DNA from: Octopus sinensis
Taxonomy: Eukaryota
Length of the DNA stretch: 64,000 nt
Reading direction: 5' to 3'
Assembly: GCF_006345805.1 (NCBI RefSeq)
Contig: NC_043002.1
Location: 26,722,001 to 26,786,000 of the forward strand
Positions 49,171 through 63,292 of this stretch are shown here, one piece after another. The position numbers and the translations under genes are program-made. Positions within the stretch are counted from its first letter, which is position 1. Every line of letters begins with the position of its first letter. The notes under the pieces are model-generated. The model saw nothing but the letters and a program-made list of their open reading frames with translations. It was not told where the DNA came from and made no database searches.

Positions 49171-52130
49171 AAAGAAACGGGTGGAGTCTCCTTATGGGCT
49201 CATCATGATACATCTAGTGATGGTGTCACAATAAAAACACTGGTAATTGTGCAACCTGATAATCGCTACCTCATATGAGTGACAATGAAAAAACAAAATA
49301 TTGTGAATAACGGTGGTAATGAAACTGAAGCCATTGATGGTGACAGTGTTACACTCGGTAGGTTCAGAGATTCTGGTCTGGCTCCAGCCTCTCGATATCT
49401 AGAAAGGGACCACCACACACGGCGTAGATGGAACAAACAAATTAATGCTGTGGTCATGGAATGTCATTACCTGAGCAACCCAGTAGATGAAAATGGTGCT
49501 CAAATTAGTGGTTACCGACAACATATGTATGATCATTGAAGAGAAAAGGGATTGTTTCAACTCACGGAACAGAGACTGTGTGATCAAGCTAGAGCAATAA
49601 GAAAAAATTGTTGGTTCACAGAAGTAGTGCTTGAAGCTATCAAAAGACGGATCATGGACAATAGCAGCATAGATAAGAATGAAAATACAGTTCTTAATTT
49701 TAAGAGCAATCTCATAGCGCCGGAAAAGAACTGTGGTAGTTTATTTGATGAGAGAGATATAGATGGTCTAAAACAAGACAATAAAACTAAAGGCGACATG
49801 ACAGATGGACAAAAGGCTATTTACGAAAGAATAAAGGCAAGACTACAGGAGAACGATAGCGATATTAGTTACAACCTTAAGAAGGTTGATCGATGGAAAT
49901 TGAACCAAGAAACGAAAAATGTAAATGGAATTCTGAAATACATCAGAACAAACATCACAGAAACTGTGGGTATCGATGTAAAAAAAGAAAAGAAACATAA
50001 TTGGAGTAACAAAAGAAAAGATCCATAGTGGAAAAGAAGAATCCAGGCAGGGTTAGACATGCTCTCGAAGGTAATCTCTGTGTTAGACCGAAAAGAGAAA
50101 GGGAAGCTTAAAAGTGAACAAAAATACAGGGCGCTGAAAAGGAAGTATAATATTGAAAGAAAGGGCTTGAAAGTAGTAGTGGAGGAACTGAAATATCGCC
50201 TCGTTGCAAATGAGGGCAAAGATGGTAAGACACGACTAAAGAATGAAGGGTTAGCACCAGAATATGTTATTCAGAGTAGATAAGAGATTCTATAAAAAAA
50301 TAAATGGAGGATGTACAGATGAAAAGTTGATACCAGAAAACATTGAAATTCAAAGGTTTTGGAGTGACATAGAAAGCAAAGAAAAGGAGCACAAGGAAGA
50401 TGCTGAATGGCTGCAAGAACTGAAACAAACAGTTGTCTGTCCAAAACAGGCAGAATTATTTATTTTAGTTAGGGAAGTGAAGGAAATTAGCCAAAAAAAA
50501 AAAGAGCAACTGGAAGGCTCGGGGCTCAGATAGATTTCAAGGCTACTGGATCAAAAGATTTGGTGAATGTTATGAACGAATAGCTGCGCAACTCAACACC
50601 TTGTTAATTGCCAACCAAGCAGCACCAGAGTGGTTGACATTGGGTAGGACAGTGCTGTGCTTGAAAAACATCGAAAAAGGCAGTACGGTAGACAATTACA
50701 GGCCGATATCCTGTTTGCCACTTATGTGGAAGTTATTGATTGGAATACTCGCAGACTCAATGTACTAACATCTAGAGAAAATGGAGTTCTGCCACATGAG
50801 CAGAAGGATTGCAAGCGTAAGTGCAGAGGTACTAAGGATTAACTCCTGATAGATAAAACTGTACCCAGAGACTGGAAGAGGAGGAAATGTAACTTAGCCA
50901 TGTCATGGATCGACTATCGTAAGGTATACGATATGATCCCACATTCCTGGATTATGGAGTGTATGAACCTGTTTGGGATTGAATAGAATGTTGAGCGATC
51001 GGTTGCAAAAAGTATGGCGAATTGGAGGACGAACCTGACAGCATACGGAAGAAGTTTAGGGATAGTAGAGATTAGGTTGTATTGTGCCTGATAACACTAA
51101 CACTGATTCTGAGGAAAGCAAAAAGCAGGGTATGCATTCAAAAGCCGCCATTTGTTATTCATGGATGACATCAAACTTTATGGTACAGATGAAACCCAAG
51201 TCAGTTCCCTCGTTGATACGGTGTATACCTTCAGTGCTGATATCAGAATGGAGTTCGGACTGAGAAAGTGGAGTGTGTTAGTATTGAAGAGAGGCAAAAT
51301 CAAATGTATGGACGGACATACGATACCGTCGGGAGAGGTTATGAAGCAGATAGAAGTAACGGGCTATAAATTCTTGGGGATTTTTGAAATGGATAAATTA
51401 ATGGAGATAGCAATGACAGAAAAAATTAAGGTGTAGTACTTATTCACAATGAGACTCATCCTTAAGTCGAAATTAAACGGACGGAATAAGATCGAAGCTA
51501 TCAACACCTGGGTAGTTTCACTCCTTAGATATGGAGCAGGGATAATCGCATGGAGAGTAGACGGACTAAACAGCTTAGACAGAAAGACAAGGAAGTTGCT
51601 AACTAGATATGGGTCACTCCACCCAAAAAGTGACACAGGCAGATTATATGTATGAAGAAAAAGAGGAGGTAGAGTACTTGTTTGGATTCGAACACAGCAT
51701 TAGAGTATAAGAAAACAATATAGCATGGTATGTAAAAAATACCACCCAACCGCTAATATTAGAAGTAGGAAGGTCAGACTTGTGTAGGATGAAAGATTGC
51801 AAAGATAAAGCAGTATACAAGAAATTGAATTGATTTAGAACCAAGTACATAAAATACAGAATAGACAGTACGTCAGAAAGTGATAAGTGCAGAATTTGCG
51901 GACAAAATGTTGAAACTGTATTGCATGTTATCAATCAATGTACGTCATTAGTCCAGAAAGAATATAAGAGACATCACGACAACATAGCAAGGGTTGTCCA
52001 TGGGACACTTTGCAAGAAGTATGGACTTGACTTGAGAGAGAAAAAAAGTGGTACGAGCATAAATACAAAGGTCTCATCGAAAATGATATTGCAAAGATCC
52101 TATGTGTTATCTTGGGAGGTTAAGCAGTTT
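49169..52130 (+). mobile_element. R4/Dong-clade (RLE-type) non-LTR retrotransposon, ~3 kb, degenerate, 3'-truncated
   Basis: RRWNKQINAVVMEC...YRQHM...EQRLCDQARAI; YRPISCLPLMWKLL; WIDYRKVYD.IPHSW; LFMDDIKLY; GMEFG-like RMEFG; KLNGRNKIEAINTW; CRICGQNVETVLHVINQC...YKRHHDNIA (CCHC); jumps to AWEVKQ-like sequence shared with 16164. Confidence 0.9.
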
Positions 52131-54779
52131 TAGTCGCTGAAAATCTTTTTCTCTTCTCTTGATATTTTTCTCCGCATTTTAAATGTTCGTATTTATTATC
52201 CAGTGAGCTTAGCAAAAGAAATACTTTTTGATCAGTTTTTTCACTCTTGCTGCTGTCGTTAATATCATCGTTGCCATTGATTCTTATTCGTATGGCGGTT
52301 GTGATGTTTTTCGCTACGCTGTGCATGATATGCCGCTGGTGATTTTCGGCGATTCCTTGACTGACATGTTATTGTTATTACTTTTGCACAAATGCTGTCA
52401 CTGTTGTTATATTTTTTCCTACAACACATATTGCTGTCAATATTTCGAACTATGCCTACGTTTATGATATTTTGTTGCAAGTCATAACAGTTTCATATAT
52501 ATATATCCTTCGACATTCCAGTCTCACATATTGCATATCAAAAACGAATTCACTTTGAAAACATTTTTTGTTGCGAAAAATTGTCTTTCATTTAAAACTT
52601 TGCCAGTAGAGTGACTAATCTCTCGTTTATGCTTCTGGTCCTAAAAAGGAAAAGAATACTCAAAATCACAAAACTTCCATATCACATTTAGCTTTCGTGA
52701 GAATCTTCACCAACAGCGATAACGAAACATGTTACTTCAAGCATTTGATTTTAAAGATCTGATTCAGTTGGTTGTGCGTTGATATTATGAGCAACAATTC
52801 ACACAATTCATCAAATAATTCATCAAATAATGACCAGCCATTGTTATGATGGCTGGTCTTCCCCATTGTTGTTCATAGATTATAGCTGCTGCGAGGAGAT
52901 TGTTCTTATAAATTGCTCGGGTCAGTATTATATATTTGAGATCCTACATTATTTCTCACAAATCGTTGTCAGACATAGAATTGTAACAAGGGAACAAGTT
53001 TGTTGAAAATGATAAGTTGCAATATAGGCTAAATTGAGACGTTTTACTCCATTAATGTTTTCAGTCGTTACTCATAGTTATGTTTAGATATCGTTTCTTC
53101 ATTGGTAATATTATGTTTCATATATATATATATATATATACTACCGAAAGGTAGTATCAGCAATTCAAAAAACCAATTGAAATATATGATGTGATCGGAA
53201 AATTGGCAGCAAGACAACTACGTATGTTTGATTGTGGGTGTGGACGCATTTCTCTCTAGAAACACCATGAAATATCCGTGCCTATTGAATATGCACCAGC
53301 ATTTATTATTCATAGTCACGATGATTATATTTCACAATATACCAAATAAATGTCAATTTTTACTTGTAAATTATGTTTTCAGGATCTTGTTTCCAAAAAT
53401 TGTCATATTAAATATTTTCCCAAGTCACATCTTCTTTCAGTTCATATCTCATCTCGCTCTCTTTCACTTCTTCCTCTATGAACACATTTTCTATCGCCTT
53501 ACCATTTTTCTATTTACTTTCTTTTTCTTGAATTTCGATAACTATTTTCATTTATGTAGAAAAATAGAAAATTAATACGAAATGTTTCCTCACAATTAGA
53601 TTTTCAAAAAATATCAAAATACCAAAACGGAATAAATTCATACGTATTTCCTTTTCAATATTTTTTTTTATTTCCAATGTTTATATTAAAATCTATTCAC
53701 TCTTGATATTTTCTCTATATCATTAAGTTCACTGTTGATGTATGATACATTTGAAATACGATATATAAGATATATGATATATTTGATATTTTCTACTAGT
53801 ATTGATGTTTTCTAGATTTTCGTTGAATAAATTATAAGGAAAAAATATGAAAATCATTCTTCCTTGTATTGATGGTTATTTCCAATCTCCTATCAGTTCA
53901 AACTATAAAATATTCCTAATGTTTTAGTTTGTCACATATACATATATACATAAATATGAAAATACTTATACACATAAAGTTATACATATGTAAATATACA
54001 TCTACATATATGCATACGTTCAATCCAATATGTGTGCGTGTGTGTTTTATAAATATATCTGCGTATGTATGCACATACATATACATGTTTGTGCTTTCGT
54101 ATACGCATGAGTATGCGCACGTGTGTGTATGCATATTCACTGACGACATGACTGCGTTCGAGTTCAATCTCATATATACATAATTGTTTGTAATAATTTC
54201 CTATTAGTTTAGTTTGGACTAATAATGCTCATTAAATTTTCTAGACACTATCAATCTCCTATTTTAAAGAAACGTACGATAAAAGTATTTATGCATTGCC
54301 AGCTTTTGTAGTTTATATCAAGACAATAATGATATAACTATTTAAATCATAATCGTGATATCTACATTATTTAACCCATTAATTCATAATATATTCTATG
54401 GCATGCAACTCGTCTTTATTAGTTGACAGTTATATCTGTGTCAAATTTTGGTTTTTACTTTGCTTCCGTTGCTAGTATTCATAGTTTAGTTTTTCTTATC
54501 AGCTTATGAATTTTATATCTCATTTTGTTTTTCGCCTGCTGTAGTGCAATGCACGGCAATTAATTGTCAGGCACTCGGTGGGAAAGTACTGTGGATTGAG
54601 TCATGGAGTTTATATCAGGAGTTTATATTGAAATTTCTACTTAACATTTGTTATCTGCATTACTTTCTATAATTTACAGTTTATGGTTTCTCATACACGA
54701 GAAACATGTTAACGCTGGTGTTTTAGGTGACATTGTAAAAAGATATAGCAAGTGTATTCGGTTTTATGTGTTGGAATTA

Positions 54780-56898
54780 CACAATGTAACAAATGTTTTG
54801 TTTATTTGTATTTTTTAATGTTCAAATATGCAATTTTTGCCACTAAATAAAAAAATCACATTTTTTTTGACGTGGCATCAATAGTTATTTATTTATTTCT
54901 AATTTCATATTTGCTCGTTATATTTATAACTTTTCTCTAAAGTACTTTGTTGGTTCAATCTATGCTAGTATTGTAAGGATAATTGCACAACATTTAGTAA
55001 ATTTTCATATATTGAAAGGCATTTAGGAAGTACAATATTAGTTAAAACAAAATAAACTTTGCACTGTAAATGCCTTGATAGCTCTTTTCTTAAGATGAGA
55101 AGTGCTTTGACGATCGAGATTTTCTGGAGCGTATACCTTCATCTCTTCTGACTAGAGACCGTAAATAATCTCCCATCATAGCAGTATCCCATCGTCCTTG
55201 GTATCTTCTTTCATAATTGCGATGTGCTGATGAAATCTCTCACCATGCTCCTCATTGACATCACCTAAGTTTTCGGTAAAAAATCTAAGTGAGAGAGCAA
55301 AATATGAACCATTAACGACATACGGCAACTCATTTTCTTGAAGCTTTCAATAAGCTTTGCTAGCAGCTGTTTGTAATTAGGATCTTTGTGATCTCCTAGG
55401 AATCCACGAACTATATCACGAAATGCACACCAAGTTTCATTTTCAACTTTTATCATCGCTCCTTCCAGTTTCTTCGGCTTTAAAATTGCATTAACTTGCG
55501 CCCCAACAAATATGCCACCCTTGATCTTAGTCTCAGACAGATTTGGAAACATAAGACAAATATCTTGAAAAGCTTCTCCTCTAAAATCTAAGGCCTTACA
55601 AACTGTTTTACCAATCCGAGTTTGATATGAACAGTGGTTAATAAGATTTTGTTGGAATCTACTAGAGGCTGTTTGAGAACATTTATGTACTCTCTTGCTG
55701 TCCCATACGCAAAGGAAAGATGAATACTTTGTGTATCCCCCTTGCAAGCCAAACAAGAAGGCAACCATCTTGAAATCACCACAAACATCCCACTTGAACT
55801 CAGCGTAATTTATTTTGTCGAAAAGTTCTTTGACATTATCGTAATTTTCTTTCTTCTGTATGGTGTGTACAAGAGGCAAAGAAGGATATTTATTCCCATT
55901 GTGGAGCAACATTTCTTTCAGACTTCGTGTTGAGCTATCTATGAAGAGTCACCATTCTGCAGAATCATGCTTGAGTCACATCTTTACAATAACACAGATC
56001 ATTAATATTTTCATAGTAAATTTCAAATTCTTCATGGCATTTCGGTACACAGATGTCTTGCAGTCTTCCCCCAATAGATTCCATTCCTTCAACCTTGATG
56101 AAAGAAGTTCAGCTCCTGACTTAGTAAGAGCCAGATCCCTGATTAACTCATCTAGCTCACTCTGATTTGGAAAGTGAGACTCCGAAGTCGTTCTTGGTAC
56201 GAAAGCTTCCTCCATTTCTTGGCTGCTGCTACTTGTTGACTCTTCAGATGAAATAGTTTCTGGTGGTAGTGGTACTCGTAAACGTTCATCATATGGGACA
56301 GGTGCTCTACATGATGATATGTCTGGATACTGAAGAGCTTGTCTTCCTTTCACTTTTCTGTACTTTGTTACATCGAGTGTACAAAAGTAACCATCATCGC
56401 GATGGTTCTTTGGCTCTCTCCACACCCTTGGAATGGCAAAAGGCATTGACCGTCTTGTATCTCTTAACCATCCTTGTAGAGTAGATCGGCAGCTTCCACA
56501 TATCACATGTGATCTGGTCACCCATGGGCATTCCGAAATAGAGTTTGTACGCTATCCACAATTTGGCACCTTTCACGATCTTATGTAATACATGCTTTTT
56601 TCCTATATAATAACCACACACATAGCAAAATGTATCTGGAGAATTTTTGCATACTCTAGTAGCCTTCATGAAAGTAGCACAAAGTAGTAATTGGTCTCAA
56701 AGAGAAAATTGGACATACATTTACTAGCGGAACATTATAACAATACCGAATATATAATAACATTGAAAGTCGACATATTTTTTCAACTGTTGATACACAA
56801 AAAAAATAATTTCATTTTTGGAATCAGCAGAAAAAATGGATTGATAAACAATAAAAAAATACAATAAACAAATATTTTTTGAAAATTGTTACGTTGTG
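54780..56898 (-). mobile_element. Chapaev3-type (CMC superfamily) DNA transposon, both termini intact, 3-bp TTA TSD
   Basis: tta|cacaatgtaacaaat ... aattgttacgttgtg|tta (15-bp TIR starting CAC, 2 mismatches). Confidence 0.8.
55090..56669 (-). pseudogene. Chapaev-type transposase pseudogene
   Basis: CKNSPDTFCYVCG; WREPKNHRDDGYFC; LLHNGNKYPSLP; VCGDFKMV; HIKLGLVKQFV; LLSHLDF; EEHGERFHQ...YQGRWD; several frameshifts. Family assignment from recalled motifs plus CAC termini and 3-bp TSD. Confidence 0.8.
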
Positions 56899-57884
56899 TT
56901 ATGAATTCATGTATTCTTTGAGTAAAGTGCATTTGTATCATTTTCAACGGTATATGCAAGCAAACATACGTGTGTGTGCGTACGTGTGTGTTTAAAATTC
57001 ACAATTATAACTGTATTAACCCTAATGAATGTTCATCAGATTCCATCTGATTAACTGACAATATTCTATATAAATCTACAATAAAGGCACCACATTTTAA
57101 CAAGGTCTGCGTTGGATTTTACCCCAGCTATGTGAGCACAAAGTACGAATTAATTTTCTGGATTTATTTAAACATTAAACGAAAAGAATACACAGTTTGA
57201 AAGTAAAAGGAATTTATTTAGAAGAAAAAGCTCATCTAAACTCAGGAATTAAAAAACAATAAATTAGTGATGTGTATGCGACTGAACCGTTTGAAAATGG
57301 TCTTTAGTAAGGTGATGTACGAAAATAAAAACAACGAATTCTGCAACCATAAGATTCTTAAAATATCCGATTATCTGTTGTCAATTATGACGATACATAA
57401 TCTGATTTCTTTCTGATTTCTGAGCTTTAAATTCGTCTTATCACCCACTATTAGTGACCCAGTATGGCATTAATACTTTTAAACTTCTATTTAGCATTAC
57501 TATTATTTTGAACAATAATTTTTTTCGTATGTATACTGACATATTTTGTCCCGATGTAGATATTAACTAATTTTATTTACGCTATTTGACTGCACAAAAT
57601 TGATTGTTGGGACTAAAATTTTTCATTTCTAATTGTCATATATTCCTCGGTTTTTACGCTGATTGTATACGATATATGTATATGATATATTTACAGCCTA
57701 ACTCAAACATTTTTAATCACAATTTATTGAGGTTGGTGAGCTAATCTTGTCGGTTACTCTTCGTGATATTGCTCCTGCAGTCACCGTTCATTATTTTTTA
57801 ATCATCTTCTACAAACTTTGTCGTCTGTTGTTTAGTTATTTCCAATACGAGAATTACTCTTATTACTATATTTACTGTTTAACC

Positions 57885-57901
57885 AATACACACACACACG
57901 C

Positions 57902-57937
<36 letters not shown>

Positions 57938-58245
57938 GTCTCTCTCTCTCTCTGCAGATGGATAGATAAATAGATTAGATAAATGGATTGATAGATAGGT
58001 AGATAGTTAGATACACAGACAAGTAGGCACAAGGATAGATAGACAGATAGAATGATAGCTAGTTTATAGATAGGTAGATAGGTAGGTAGGTAGGTAGGCA
58101 GGTAGATAGATACATAGATAGTTAGGTATGTATGTATGTATGTATGTATGTAGATAGGTAGGCAGGTAGGTAGGTAGTTAGTTAGGTAGGTAGTGAGGTA
58201 GGTAGGTAGATAGATACATAGGTAGGAAGGTAGTAGATAAAAGAA
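57885..58245. repeat. Compound (CA)n(CT)n then (TAGA)n/(TAGG)n/(TATG)n tetranucleotide array
   Basis: Seen directly. Confidence 0.9.
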
Positions 58246-58834
58246 TGGATTGATAGTTGCATAACTAGATCCAAATTTAAAGTATCAATATTCGAGATTT
58301 CGTCCACTAATAATTGCACATACAATATATTAATGATAATTAAAATATCCTGTTATCCATTTATACAATATTCATAAACTGAATAACATTTGATTCCATA
58401 TCTTTTACCATATTAAAAACCGTTTGTATATTTGTTAACTTTTGGTTTACCCTCTTATTGGTCTTTAAAAATCTCTCTACAAAACAGCTCTAATTTCGCT
58501 AATTCCTCTGCAGGTAATGCGATTTTAACAATTTGTCCTCTTCTTACGGTCTACATATGTTATCGTTAATTTTAGATATATATTTTCAGGTTATTTGAGC
58601 ATTGGCCTTGGAATTTTGCTTGGATAAACCATTGCCATTTATTTTTGAAAGGGCTATCATTAATAGTCTTTATTCAGCACATATTTGAATCTAGTAGGTA
58701 CTTGAAGTTGTCTCATGGTGTGTTGTTAGATTAACAATTTCATTTTCTGTTATGATTTTAATATACTCGTGCGCAACTCAGGACTGTCTGGTTTTCTACC
58801 GTCTCTTTTGATACATCGAAAATATTCAGTCATT

Positions 58835-59055
58835 AACACACGCAAAGACACACAAAATACACACACATACAAATACACGCACACACACATAGACACAAAC
58901 GCACACATACACACTAGCAAACACACATACACGCAGCACACACACACACATACAAACACACAGGCACAGACACAGACACAGACACACACACACAAGCAAA
59001 CACACAAACGCACACGTGCATCTTCACCCAAAAGTAGACACACAGACACTAACAC
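58835..59055. repeat. Degenerate (CA)n tract
   Basis: Seen directly. Confidence 0.85.
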
Positions 59056-59599
59056 CCTAGTGCATATGGACTTATAGCTTAGCTGTCGTTCGCTGTGAGT
59101 ACCATAGTTTTGCTAATTGCTGTTGGTGAAATCGTACAGATAATTATAATAATGAGAGAAAGGAATTATGGGTTTGTACTAAGAATTAATGACAAAAATG
59201 TAGCTGTGAATTCAGTTTAGCGAGCAATGAGTTAATATGATATTAAATTATTTCATCTTATTTCTGGATGTTGGATGCAGTCCAATAATACTGGGATAAG
59301 CTGAGTGAACTGAAAGAACTCTAGACATGAATATTTCCTGCACCGCTTTTAGCGTAGTTGTTCCCATTTATTGCCCACAGATGGTCCGTTCTATGTTGAT
59401 AGAGACTATACAAAAGAAAGGGAACCAAACGCATGTACCTATACCTATACGTTTAGGTATAAGATGACAGTCAATGAGCAATTTGTTCCTGACGAGCCAT
59501 CGGTATATAGGGTGAGATTTTATAAGGTCATAACTATTAAAAGAAGTTCGAATTATGCAAAGGCGGAAGAGATGAAGTTCAAGGCGTGGCTGTTCGTGT

Positions 59600-60060
59600 T
59601 AATGAAGTAAGATAAGACAGAGACAAAAAGTGATATGAACTTGTCATGGCGATCAGGGGACATGTAGAAATGGAAATGATTCATGGCTTTTTGGCTTGTG
59701 GTTATAGAAGTAAATAGTGAAAGGACGAGGTTTAATTATAATGAGAATAGCTGAAGCAAGTAGAATTAGAAGAGAAATATTAAGTTTGTAAATTGAAGTG
59801 GGTATTACATTTTCGTATTTCAGAGCGTTTCCGGAGTGCATCGATCTTCGTCAGAACAAGGAAGATGGAATATCCGCGCATAATGATGTACAAAATGACT
59901 TGGCGGGATAACTGTTGTGATGGCTTATGTGGTTTGTAAAGCTGTCACCTTCGTGGCTTCTGATTTGCCGTTATAGTTAAGAGTTGTGATCACGACTCTA
60001 ATACTGAGAATACCATCCACAGTAGAAGCCTAATATTTTCCCCACTTAAACGAATTAGAT
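59600..60060 (-). mobile_element. Penelope-like 3' fragment (end of GIY-YIG region + pLTR-like segment)
   Basis: SFKWENIRLL (cf. FDWDNVKIL) at ~60030-60055, followed by ctgacga...gaaacg at 59822-59857. Confidence 0.4.
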
Positions 60061-62015
60061 TGAGAACTACGTACGCACAGAGCATTTTTATTGAAATGCA
60101 TTTTTACAGAGCGTCGCACGGAAACGAAAATTTTCTGCGATAATGAGTCAAGTTTCGATGCGACAAGATACTTCTTTGGAAATTTGTCTGCTAGTAGCCT
60201 AGAAACAGTGAATAACTAGCGGTGAAACTTGGCTATAGTTGATTAACCTTAAAGTCAACGCTGAATGGGCAAAACTATTACCATAAGTTTTACAAACGTG
60301 ATTATCACGTCCTCTATTCATGCATAAATATTCTAGAACCGCACTTTTAAGTGGACGCTGTCCTTTTATGAAAGAATAAAATGCGATTTGAGAATGCTTT
60401 GGTTTCCTATATCAGAAAACATTGAGCGGTCACATACAGATTTCCGCGTCGGCATACATCTTGTTGATGTTTGCGTTTGTGTAACAAAAGAGAAAAAAAT
60501 AAAAAAATAATGCAAGTATAATCGAAGTATTCATCACCATAATCACATCGTTATATAGGATAGTTTTGTTTATATAACAAAAAAGAAATACTACAGATAG
60601 TTATCATTGTCTTGGAAACTGTTTATTTGATGTGAGGCTCTTTCATCTTTCAAACACAGATTTCTTGACCTGTTTGAACAAGACGTTTGATAAAAAAGTG
60701 TGAGAGGTGTGGCAACTGTCATTCTAAAAATAAAAATGTCGATTTTTTTTCTCGTTTTCATCTTACCATTTAATTTCGTGATTCTCAGTATCATTTCCAA
60801 ACATCATTTTTGCTATGTTTGTTATTCGTCTCATTTTTCTTCCTCAGTATTCCGTTTACACTTGATTTATTCATTCACTGGCGTTTTCGTTTTATTTCTC
60901 TTCCATTATATTTCCTTATTTACTTTAACATTATTTTGATTATTTTTTTTGCTTCTTAATCATTTACTTCATTCTCCTATTTAATATTCAATATTCTGCA
61001 TTGATTTCTATGTTCTCTCACATTGAAGAACACATATACATCACAGTCACATAGACGCTAACGCACGCACACATAAATACGCACACGTACATATACATGT
61101 ATATATATACCAAGTCACAATCGTGCTGTTACAAAAACATGATATCACACATACGACGGGCTTCGTGTGTATTATGCACACGCACACATGTAATTCTGCA
61201 TATGTGTATCTGTCAATATATGTATGTATTCATGTATGTATATACACATATACACATGTATTCATATACATGTGTGCGTGTGAGTGCGTAATTATAAATA
61301 CATATTTATGCATATGTGTCTAAACACACTCGTATACAAACACACGCATGCAAGCACGCGCTCACACACACACACACACACGTAGACATAGGCGCATACA
61401 AAATCAACAGCCGACATATAAGGACGGGAGCGTCAGCGAGTTTGCAAGGAAATATAAAAATGGCCGTTGTAGTTGTTGAACGCTGTTATAAATTAGTTTT
61501 ATGGAAATTTTATATAATTCAAACATTATGACATTTAATTTAACTTATGCGTTAGTATGAGATCGATGAACTTTACTACGACGTTACTAATTAGAAAGAT
61601 ATATATCAATTGTTAGCAACGTAAGCAATGCTTGTATCCAAAAGTTAATCTTTGTATTGAACGTAACTTGGATATCTTGTTAGAACACCGAATACTGGGT
61701 TGTTAGCCTTGAGAGACCCTCTTATAAAAGGGCATCGTGTATAAAAGCAAACGCACAGGTCGTTGCAGACAGGAACTATTTGTCCATGCTTTCTACGCTT
61801 CGGAACTCCCATATCACGTGATTTTCGTCTACTGGACACCAGGAATACTAGGCAGCCGGTCGCAGTAGACAAGGCACATTGTGCTCGCACAATATGCAGA
61901 ATATCAGCATCTCATCACATACTGATGTCGCCCATAAGCATGTTAAAAGTTAATTATTATCGAGGGAAGCAATAATTGTTCTAAAAGTTAATTTTTGCAT
62001 AAATATATTTTGTAA

Positions 62016-62404
62016 CTATCAGTATCGCCCGGAATTGCTCGGGTTTGTTTCGACCCTTTAGAATTGGAATTTTTGAAAAGTAAAAATTTTGCATTATGTA
62101 GCCTGTTATTCTCTTTAAGTGAACCTTTTTCTGGTTGAAATACACCGAAAAATGGTGACACGGCAGTAAAAAAATCGTAAAAAATAGGGATTTTCATAGA
62201 ATAAAAAAGTACCTTTTTGATGTAAATAATTTTTGGTCTTAACATGGTCCGATTTGAATTTTATCTTCTACGCAATGAAGAGCAAGCCTTCTATCATACT
62301 CTCAATTTTGGTCAACTTGCGCCGCAGGGTCTCGGAGGAGATCATGTTAGTTGAAGGCTACCAAACCTGTCACACACAAACAACTTCAGCTTTATATATA
62401 TAGA
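62016..62404 (-). mobile_element. Non-autonomous Helitron
   Basis: Minus 5' A|TCTATATATATAAAGC at 62404; 3' cccga-gcaatt-ccggg hairpin + cgatactg + ATAG (mutated CTAG)|T at 62016. Confidence 0.75.
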
Positions 62405-62964
62405 TTAGTGACCAGCTCGCTCGAATTTTCTTCGGAAACTAAGATTAAAGCATGATATGTAAAATTTTCATTTGTTCACAGTTTCCAAGATGTAGTTCAC
62501 GTGAAACAGTAGCTATGTTTGTGTCAATTTTGACACACTGAAAGCAATCATTTTGGAACGTAGAAGATTGTTGTGACCATTTTGCTTTGCCTTTTATTAA
62601 TCCACCCGCAGAAACAATTCGGTGATTTGACTGTTATATTAGATCGATCTCAACTTAATTATATTTCTTTGAAATTTAGATCAGGAACTGGAATAGAAGA
62701 GTATTTGCAAATTTTGTTTAGAAATGATGCAATATCATGTGAGCATGCATTCAACGACCCAGCGAGGAATCTACCAATATATAATTATATCAAGTGCAGT
62801 GTTTTCGCCCCATGTGGCCGTCTGTAATGTCAAGAATAAGGAAGGCATATTGGATTGTAGTCACAGTCATTACTGAAGTGAATTAAAGCTGGTTGAATGA
62901 ATACAGAACAGTTTTCTTTCATTTTATAAGAATCTCCATTTCTCTTTTAAAAGTGTATATGCAT

Positions 62965-63257
62965 TCCACTCACACGCAAGCTCGCACGCACGCACACGCT
63001 CACGCGCGCAGGCGCTTATGCGCACACACATGCACTCACAATAAAAACACACGCACACACACACGCGCATAAACATATATAAATATAAGCATAAATATTG
63101 AGAAACCGCCCCAATAGTAAATAGGAAATATACATAATAGATATCATAACTCCATATCCAATTTGCACAGGTAGAGTAGAATAGTTAGTGGGCTGATATG
63201 TAGATAGATGTATGTATGTGTGTGTGTGTGTGTGTGTGTGAGTGTATGTATATATAT

Positions 63258-63292
<35 letters not shown>

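Noticed and set aside
52228-52480. Two overlapping antisense ORFs
   Set aside because: Decayed GCT/GTT/GAT trinucleotide low-complexity sequence
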